64,000 nt of DNA, taken from Antedon mediterranea. Taxonomy: Eukaryota > Animalia > Echinodermata. The notes beneath the pieces were generated by a model. That model saw only the letters and a program-made list of their open reading frames with translations, was not told the DNA's origin and made no database searches. Shown piece by piece: positions 55,036 through 64,000 of the stretch; positions within the stretch are counted from its first letter, which is position 1; each line of letters begins with the position of its first letter. The stretch is from positions 19,764,795 to 19,828,794 of the forward strand of contig NC_092670.1 of NCBI RefSeq assembly GCF_964355755.1, read 5' to 3'. A program made the translations under genes and the position numbers.

Positions 55036-58000
55036 TTGCTGCATTTCTTATGCCATCAAGTCGTTTAAAGACTTGAACCTTAATACTTTCGAACCTCTGT
55101 CTCTTTGGAAATGTGTTTTCATCATTAGATTAAAAAACCTGGCTGAAATAGGATTTCAATGGGATGGATGAATCCATCAAACCCACCGAGGTACAGCACA
55201 ACTTATTGATATCAACATTACCATATTCCTTAAGACTCATTCAAGCTTTCATATTCCCAATGCAAACAATGGAGATTGAGGGCATCATTTTATTAGCCGT
55301 TTTCAATATATTAAGTGTGTCTATCAAATTTATAAGAAATAAAATATTCAGAACATCTATAGCTTGGCTCTACATAATTTAACATTAGGATAGCATTAAT
55401 AAAAACAATATTGAGTACTTTAAAAAGCCATACATTTTATTATGGAATGTACCTAATGAACTTATTATGCACAGTACAGTACATTAGAATCATACATTTT
55501 ACATCACTTTCTGCGTTGAGGGTAAAGGTAACACAAATGTTTTTCGAAAGAAGTATAAACTGAAAGTTAAAAGAAAAAGTGAGTATGTATTTCAAGAAAA
55601 AGTGTGTGTGTATTTGAACAGGACACTTGACTGAAATTGATGACTTTTCTAACAATTTTTAGAAGCCTAATATTGAATGAAGTAACCTATGTTTATAATA
55701 ACCCCCTAGTATAGGTATTTTCATAACTAATTACACACTACCATATACATACATTGTCATAATACACTTGCTTGAATAGCATAAATTTTCTCCCGTTTAA
55801 CCAGACACAAAAGAATAGCCTCAAGCCATACAAAGAATAACACAATATTACGCAGTTGCGCAATCCATTGTACTACTAAATATAAAGACAGGGGAATAGT
55901 TAAAGAGAATGATAGATTTATTAAGATTCTAACGTAACATAAATCAATAGGTTGCCTAATTGATCGTACTTCAACCTGTAGAGTATTGCAACAAATTATT
56001 GGACTTGCAACAAGTGGACATATTGTACATCAGAAGTACAATTAGTTTAAAGATGATAATGCTTTAACATTGTTAGAATTCCTATTTCTATAGGATCTTT
56101 TTACTGGAAATGGACATGGTTTATTAAGTTACTGCAGTAATTCTTCTGAAATTCTTAACTACAAGTAGATATTATTGTGCATCAGAAGGTATAATCAGCC
56201 TAATTATATTACAGTTGGACAAAATCAATTATATTGAAACAAGATGACATTGTTTACCACTATTACATTCTTACTGCAGTTACTGCAGTAATTCCTAAGA
56301 AACTATATAGACATCAATTTAGAATGTTCATAGTTCATCACGTACAAAATGAACTAGACTTAATGCAATATACATTAAAAAATAATTATTGTAACGCTTG
56401 TATAGTCAAACGGATCAAATATGGATCTAGGTTTCCCCATATTCAGTCAATCAATTAATAAACAACGGTGTCTCATGTATAGGAAGTTTTTAAATTAACC
56501 GAATTGATGCAAAAGCACAATTTAAATTGAATGGTTCATCCATGGAATTATGATGTGAGCTGTTAGATAGTGATTGGTGTAGACACGAATAAAAATTAAT
56601 AATGTACTATTGATACGTGTACGTACCATACATAGTTTAAAGCACTTTGCGGTGTAAATCAATAGTAGTAAATAAGTTTTTAATTCAAGCCGACATTACA
56701 GTATATTAATTCAAAAGTAACATAATTGGTAGGATGGCAACATGGCTTTTTTTTTCTTCGTTGATGGTTTCTAGTTTTTAAAATATCATTTGTCTTTGTA
56801 CACCCAACAAGTTTCGGGGAGAATATATATATCCCACCAAACAATAATTAAGTTTATATTAAACTAATTTGCATAAACATATTTATTAATTTCATATCAA
56901 GTGTGATGATGTTTATCCCTTGCATCCTCTTTATTCATCATTTAGAGAATTTTTTATTTACATGATCCGTTAACATCCTCTGCTGAAAGAACTTGATATA
57001 TCACTCTGTGAATGGAAAATGATGGAAATGTTGCACTCTGTATATATTGACATCCTCACTATCTTTTTAATAAAGTGCAAAGATGTAATATGACCCACAA
57101 ACAGCGCCCTCTCAGTGTACTTGTAAAATATCTAGTAACAAAATATTATGAAATAGAATCATAGCTAAAAGCAATGGTGGTCGGTCTCTAAGGTGTTACA
57201 TAGATAGACTTGTCACTAAATACTAACTTCTTTTATTATCAGCCCCCTAGCTTTTGTTTGTTTGATTCCTTAAACTAATAAAAGAGGACATTTATATTTG
57301 CCATAAGAAAAATTTACTAATTAAGCAAAAAGCAAATAAACAAAATAAATTTATGAATGTGTAAACAACTGGTGGGGAAAATACAAGACAGAAAAAGTAA
57401 ATCAGTGCTAGACTGGATAATACAAACTTTTTAAAGATACTGGTGAGGGGAACAGATGTGTACAACGAATATAATTTTGTCATTGCATCACAAATTCTTT
57501 ATGATTTAAATAAGTTATAGCAGAAGCTGAACCTATGATTCTTTACGTTGTTATTACATTTGTCAACTTGAAATTCAAAAATCTCTATCTTTTTACAAAT
57601 TAATCGCAAATTTATATGTATAAAGTTGAATGAAAGAATAAATAGAAACCATTATGGTAACCTGAAACTTTTTTAATAGGACTTATCTACATGGGATATT
57701 GTAAACAAAACCAATAAAATTACACCCACTTAACACATTAAAACATTAATTACAAATATATAACATGAAACATGATGCCCTTCCAAATATCAGATTTCAC
57801 ATTGTCTTCATATACTTTTTTTTTCTAAAAACCACATCCAACAGCTAAATCACCAATTACAGGATGCTTTAAATTCATATACTTTCTAACTGATTTAAAA
57901 AAGTTTTTTTAATGAGGTATGTTGCTACTTTGGCCATTAGACAACATCTGGATTTCTTCTAACCTATGGCTAGATCAGTCAGGAGATATCTGTGATAAAT

Positions 58001-58181
58001 CTTGGTCATACGCAATTGAATATTTGATAGAAGTACAAATATGTACCTTACTTCAAATTAAACTTTAGTGAAAACTGAAGCAAGGTTGTAGACTTGGGGA
58101 TTTCTAACACTGTACTATTGCAATTTAAATAGAACTCTGGATTGTTAAACAAGAATGTCTTAACTACCAAGCTCAGCTATA

Positions 58182-58210
58182 GTAGTACCATGGTACCTCC
58201 ATGGTAGTAC
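58182..58210. mobile_element. P-superfamily-like excision footprint (CATGGAG family, short)
   Basis: GTAGTAC + CATGGTACCTCCATG (58189-58203) + GTAGTAC; right arm CTCCATG as at 42233-42239. Confidence 0.6.
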
Positions 58211-58654
58211 ATCCTCTGGCACAGAGAGAACTTGACTTTTAACTTTCCTGTGAAGATTACAGTGATAGATCTAAGTTTATTTTCAAGGGAAAGTGCACTG
58301 ATTGAGAGACTACCAGGGGCTCTGGGGATCCAGATTTTCCTGGATGGTAGAAATTCCTCCATTTTAGAATAAAAAAAACTCGAAGCTACAATAGTATTAT
58401 AGGTTATGGTAGGCCTAATGTATTTTTACTGAAATAATTACAATAGAATATTGTGGAGAAAAGATTAAAGAGATGGAATACTGGAACCATTAATTGTTCA
58501 AATGTTCCATATCCTCAGATAATTACAGTATTTCCGTGCACAAAAGTAATGAAAGAAGGTAATTCATGCCCAATAATTCAGTCACAGAGCTGCTGTAGTC
58601 AAATAATAGTGGGTGATAATAGGAGTTATTGTACACATAGAATCAATCCATTAC

Positions 58655-58708
58655 CACACGGCTGATGAGAACTGGAAAGCAATTACATAATTTTATCCAA
58701 AGACACAT
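58655..58708 (-). CDS. Weak candidate first exon MCLWIKLCNCFPVLISRV
   Basis: 18 codons ending in phase 0 at GTG|GTAATG; short enough to be chance. Confidence 0.2.
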
Positions 58709-59570
58709 ATCTCACGGAAGTATGTCTCAAGATTTAATCAGACAGAATAGGCTTTGTATGGTGACTTCATAAATTGTCTGTCTAGTATTATTGCTAATTT
58801 TGTGGGTTTGTTGATTCAAAGTTTGATTGTGATGTATATATAGAGGCATTAGACTGAGACTGATCATTTTAGGCAATGTTTGAACAAACAAATTTTTTAA
58901 AAAACTAGAAACATTATTATGTTTTTATATTTTTCCCAACTTTGTATCAAACAAATATTACCTAAATAAATTTTCCCAAACAAAACAAGACCAGATAATA
59001 AAATTAATTTCAACAAAAAAATGTGAAAAAATGAAAAAACTGTCATTATGATTAAGAGAAACACTGATGGTAACATTCATTAGAAAAAAGTTGGATAATA
59101 TAACAATCTGAATGTGCTCATTTTCAAACAACTACTCAGACAAATTATGTTTTGATGATATTAAATCCAGACAGGTCATGTATCTGTTTCACGGTCCATT
59201 TGCTGTGAGAATGGATGATGATCACGCTTACAGGTGTGTGGTTCATTCGTTCCCATGCAGCTTCATATTGTTGATTGGATTGGATAAATTTCTTATTATC
59301 ATCAGAAAAATAAAAGAGATAAGTGTATAAAATAAAATATTCTACTGCAGTTACTGCAGCTAAAATTTGGTTCATTGTAATACAACAGCTTACTTAATAT
59401 TGCTGATTTTCTCATTGACTCAATTTTATTATTATAATCAGGAAAACCGTCTGCTGTAGTTTCTGCAGGTGCATGTTAGAAAGAGTCTGTACTGTTTATT
59501 GTTTTATCTAAAAACAAGTGGCTAAATTCACCTGTAAGTACAGTACTGCAGAACAACAAGAATATACTAC

Positions 59571-59733
59571 CCCGGGGGGTCACTTGTATACAAACCAAAC
59601 GGGGAGGTGCAGCAGCCACTTTGAGACATGAGGCACTTGTGCTACCTGTTTTACTGAAAAATACTATGGACTAGAACTACCAAAACAACGCCACCTCCAC
59701 GTATGAAAATATTTAAGAGTGATCACTCACCCC
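59571..59733. mobile_element. Degenerate short DNA-transposon remnant with CCCGGGGGG terminus
   Basis: Begins CCCGGGGGGTCACTTGTATA; decayed opposite end TAAGAGTGATCACTCACCCC. Confidence 0.3.
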
Positions 59734-60784
59734 ATGTCAAGCTATCACTTTAAAAAAAATGAGTAATGATGTATCTTAATTTAATGCAAATACTGCAGTA
59801 AATTATCAACTCTATAATATAGATTAAAAAATAATATATACTACTGTATTTGTTAAATCTGTTGAAACCAGGAAAATGTAACCTAACTCAAACTGTCACT
59901 GTTGGAACCTTCCTTAACGAAATGCAGTAATTATACTTTTACTGCATCAACTCTCAAATCTATAAAAACCGTATTATTTTAATATCTATAAAATAAACAT
60001 TTTTAGCAAAATCAATCTTAAAATGAATTAAATACATCCATTCCTACAAATAAAAAAAGATATGCTGTATAATTCAGCAATATAAATAAAATTACTGCAA
60101 TCATGATTCTGTTACAGAATAGAAAAAAATAGATAATTAATAGAATAAAGCTGCCTAGAGAAATACATTTTAAAGGTCACGAATAATTTACTTAACTATT
60201 GGGGTTTATGAATAAATTGACTATTAAATTTCTGATCATGTTGCCCAGTAGGTTTAGATGATTTTTGCAAAAGGCACCGTTTTCAGATGAGAAATTATAT
60301 CTAATGAATACATTATTTATTTTTATCTTGGGCATAGGCAGATTTGTTATTTTAAAGAGGGAGGAGGAGATAGGGATGAATATATAAAAATACCATGCAT
60401 GCTGGAATTAATTGTGTTTAATTTTTAAATAACTTTGAAAAATAACAAGAAAAATATGCATATATTAGTGATTTATTAATTAAAAAGTGTTTTACATCGT
60501 CAAACACTGTTAATGAATTTTATTAAGATTAAAATGTTTTCTATGTGAATGTTTAAAAGTGTATGAAGGAATAACATTACATTCAGTGGTTCACAGTCTG
60601 ATAGTATGACTTGCCAAATTACAAGATGGTTAACCCACATTTTCTAAACCAAGTTTCTTATGAGATTTCGGTAATGACACTGTAATAGCCATCAGAAGGC
60701 TTGGAACTTTGACAATGTTTGGACCAAGGACCCTGTGATTGGTAAGCAAATATAAAAATCACCAAGAGATCCTGCAGCATAAAC

Positions 60785-60950
60785 TTTTTTTTTTTTTTCA
60801 ATTCAATAGACATTTATTTACAAAATCTGAATACATACAGAAGGAAAACAAGAAACAGGATTGTACAGAATTATAAAGTATATCAGAAAATGAAGGCAAA
60901 AGCCCTGAAAGATGTTTGTAACATCTTGTGTTGGGCGAGCCTTAACACAA
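60785..60950 (-). mobile_element. Probable 3' end of a retroposon (LINE-like) with AATAAA and poly(A)
   Basis: T14 at 60785-60798 and TTTATT at 60813-60818 (minus-strand AATAAA 14 nt before the A-tail); GC-richer block at 60890-60945. Confidence 0.4.
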
Positions 60951-63900
60951 ATAAAAAAGAAAAGAAATGCATTGAAGAAAATCATAATAAATTTCATAAT
61001 CTAAAATAAAAAAAAACAAAACTTTGCAGCCTAACAAGACAACAAGTAGGCCTATGTTCTAGAAACCTTCACACAACAATAATTCATGATTTTTAATGTA
61101 ATATTATAGAAGAAAATAGAAAAACTACTTAATGTAGACAACGATAATTGAATTAAGTTTCAGAATAAATTTAGCTCATATCCTTGATCTTAATGCTACC
61201 CCAGAGCTAGGGTATAATTCAACTACTTGAGTTAAACTACTCGACTCCTCTTTCAACCGCTTAAGGCTCACTCTCCGCAATCGACTATTACAACACAACA
61301 AAAAGAACCAGAAATTGATTGAATTCATATGAAAATATGCAGGATTTCTTCTCAAGACCAGACCAATTACTGTTCAGTAAATTTTATGCTAAACTCTCTA
61401 AATTAGATGTAGAATAAGATTAGTAATGATAAATGACATTTTTCAAAAAATGGTTGAAAATAACAATTTTTTTAGTAAAATAACATAAAAAGAATTATGT
61501 CAGTCTGTTGAGTAACAAAATGTTCAAGTTATATTATTATTTACTTAATTTTATTTCAATTTATACCCCACTGTGTATTCAGCGCAATGAGCACTTAAAC
61601 AAACTGATCTGGTTTTAAAGACTTCATATATTTATCAAGTAGAAAATTCCTGGTTCAAATCTTGGTTGGGGTGGCTTTTGAATTATATGATACCAAAGTG
61701 ATGAAAAAAATTTGATTTTTTTTTTCAAATCAATGTGTATAAGAAGAAAAGTCACAAAGAACACTTGTGTCTTGATTTAAGTGTTAACTAATCATATTTT
61801 CTTTCATTTTTTCTAAAACAAATTCCACTATATAAAAACAATAAAGAACTCCTGTTATTTAAATATTCACGATAATTTTCAAGAGTTAATATATTGTCCT
61901 AGTAGAAGACAATTTTCACACACACATATAATGCAATATTGATCAAAAGCCTAATAGTAATTTCCTTTAAAAAAAAAGTTATGTAGATGTTATATATAAT
62001 CAACTATGGTTATAATGAATTCAGTGTATTCTTCAAATAAAGAGTAAATGCAAGATCATTACTGCAAGTACTGAAGTAATTCAATATAGGCAATGCAATT
62101 CATTTTATCCATGAGTTTTAAGTGTTCATATGCAGATTAAATATAGTACTTTAATTAAAATTAATCAAGGATATGCAGACTCTAACACAATAACAATCCA
62201 TCCTGCCCTAAACAGACAAAAATGGAAACACAAACTGTAAAAACTTAATGTTGGCAGACAGAAAACGTTAAGAAGAAGAGGCTTTAAATATTAACTAATA
62301 AAACATAATGTTTACAGAGCAATAAGGTACTGACCACACAACATCTCAACTAATGTCTACAGCACTGGCGTACTGTACAAAATAACTATAGAGAACTGAA
62401 CTGTGATTAAGGGAGAATCCCTTTCAAGTACTTCGATCACATACCTCACAGCTAAATAAGTGTGAGAGACACAAAAGAACTGATTTACTGGAAATTAACA
62501 AGCGCTTGTAAGAATACATATAAGTGATGAATAAGTAGCATAAGAAATGAACCATTCTTGATAATAGAACAACTTTAAATGCACAACAAACAAATAATTC
62601 TCCCTTTTTCTAAAAACTTTGAATATAACATCTGGCATCTTGCATATTATGTCACTCAAGATTTGTTAAGATTACTCAATAATAAATGCAAATTTTATGT
62701 TGAAAATATTGTTATCTATATAACAAATTTCATAATTCAATTCAGGTAAGATTGGTCCTACATACAGTCATCATTGTTGTTTAAGGCAGACCCATATTAC
62801 TTAATCAGTCGATTCTCTGATGTTGCCAATGAGTAATTAGTTAACTGTCACTCATTTCTCTCATGAAATCATCATATCAAAGAAATGAATAACTTGAAGA
62901 CAGCGGCCACCTACTGTACTATCAGGTATATTTCGGGTAAGAATATCTCTATGCAAATGAAGATAGTAAACTGCATATCAGCGATATTCATTCACCCATA
63001 AAAGATGCATCATATCAGTGAGTTGGGAATAGCCAACCTAGATACTTCATGAAAATGTACTGAATGGTGGGTATTAATGGTGATTAAAAAACAAGTTACG
63101 CCTACAATGATGATATCAACAAATTAATATTTCACCAACAGATGTTGGATAAATTTCCTTAATCAACATACAGCATTTATTGACTGTGCACAAAGTCTAG
63201 TCAAATATAAAATTTATAATTGTTAATATTTTGTCTCATGCTACCTTTATTCAAATATCCCCATTATCCATAAACTTATTTATACATTCATTTATTTACA
63301 ATTTTTTTTTTAAATAAACATCTCCATTCTGGTAAATTTCTATCTTTTCTGAGATCTTGCTTCATGAATAAATACACTGAAAGATGTTGATTTATAATGT
63401 TTTATCTCTGTTTTATCTAGCATTGTTCTACCACAACACATTAAGTCGCTATCTTACTGTGAAACAGTTCATGCTTCCATAAATGTTCTAACCAACAGAT
63501 TCCATTAGGAACAAATGTAATCAATACATTAATCAGAATCAGAATTAGTAATATCAAATAGATAATTAGATTAATAACAATAATCAGATGTAGTTATGAA
63601 TATTTTTTTTTTTAGTTAAATTGTGGGTTCCACTTTCAGCTTGCATAATCTTTGTTTCTGAATAAAAAAAATGTTCTGAATCTGAAATAAACATAGAAGG
63701 TAAAGTAAAAATAACTGGGACTTTTGAGCAAATTGCCTAAGCAGCTTGGTTAGTATTAAACTTATGAATATAAAATATTTATAGATTATACATAAATAAA
63801 ACTAGCCTAACCATTATTCTGAAAGAAAATGAATATAGATACCAAGACAAATTTGTTCAATACTTTCCTTTTCCCATTAGTATTGAAATTTATTAAAATG

Positions 63901-64000
63901 TAAAATATACCTACTGTACAGTAAACATACATGAATAAAAAAAGTTGAATTTATATTTTTTCTCAAGGCTAATAATCTAAAGCTATATTATAAATTCCAT

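Noticed and set aside
58177-58362. ORF MEEFLPSRKIW... as a further first exon
   Set aside because: Its only phase-0 donor I noticed (GTACTA) is weak and lies inside the 58182-58210 footprint.
61272-61330. Signal-peptide-like minus-strand frame MNSINFWFFCCVVIVDCG before GTGAGC
   Set aside because: Short, phase 2, and hydrophobicity is expected from T-rich DNA.
1-64000. Conserved miRNA, tRNA or rRNA genes, and a gene symbol for the host gene
   Set aside because: No recognisable match by eye; the constant exons are not in the window.

Overview
AT-rich (~30% GC by eye) eukaryotic, animal-type genomic DNA. It contains no complete gene, no prokaryotic operon, no rRNA/tRNA and no CRISPR array, and nearly all ORFs in the supplied track are spurious. 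The best interpretation is the long 5' intronic region of one large minus-strand gene whose constant exons lie left of position 1. At least five GC-enriched islands each hold a short ATG-initiated frame ending exactly in phase 0 at a GT donor (2511, 7128, 14403, 32314, 33641), a candidate array of alternative first coding exons. The rest is a DNA-transposon-rich landscape. It includes three copies of a PIF/Harbinger-derived element carrying a broken Myb/SANT-like gene, a second Harbinger-like element, a 1.25 kb hAT element with a perfect 8-bp TSD, a pogo/Tigger-type MITE, other MITE families, a Deu/Nin-type SINE and several tandem repeats. The least expected signal is a set of five 15-31 bp CANRG...CYNTG mini-palindromes plus one 16-bp one-armed remnant, each flanked by a 7-bp direct repeat. 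They look like P-element-superfamily excision footprints at about one per 11 kb.
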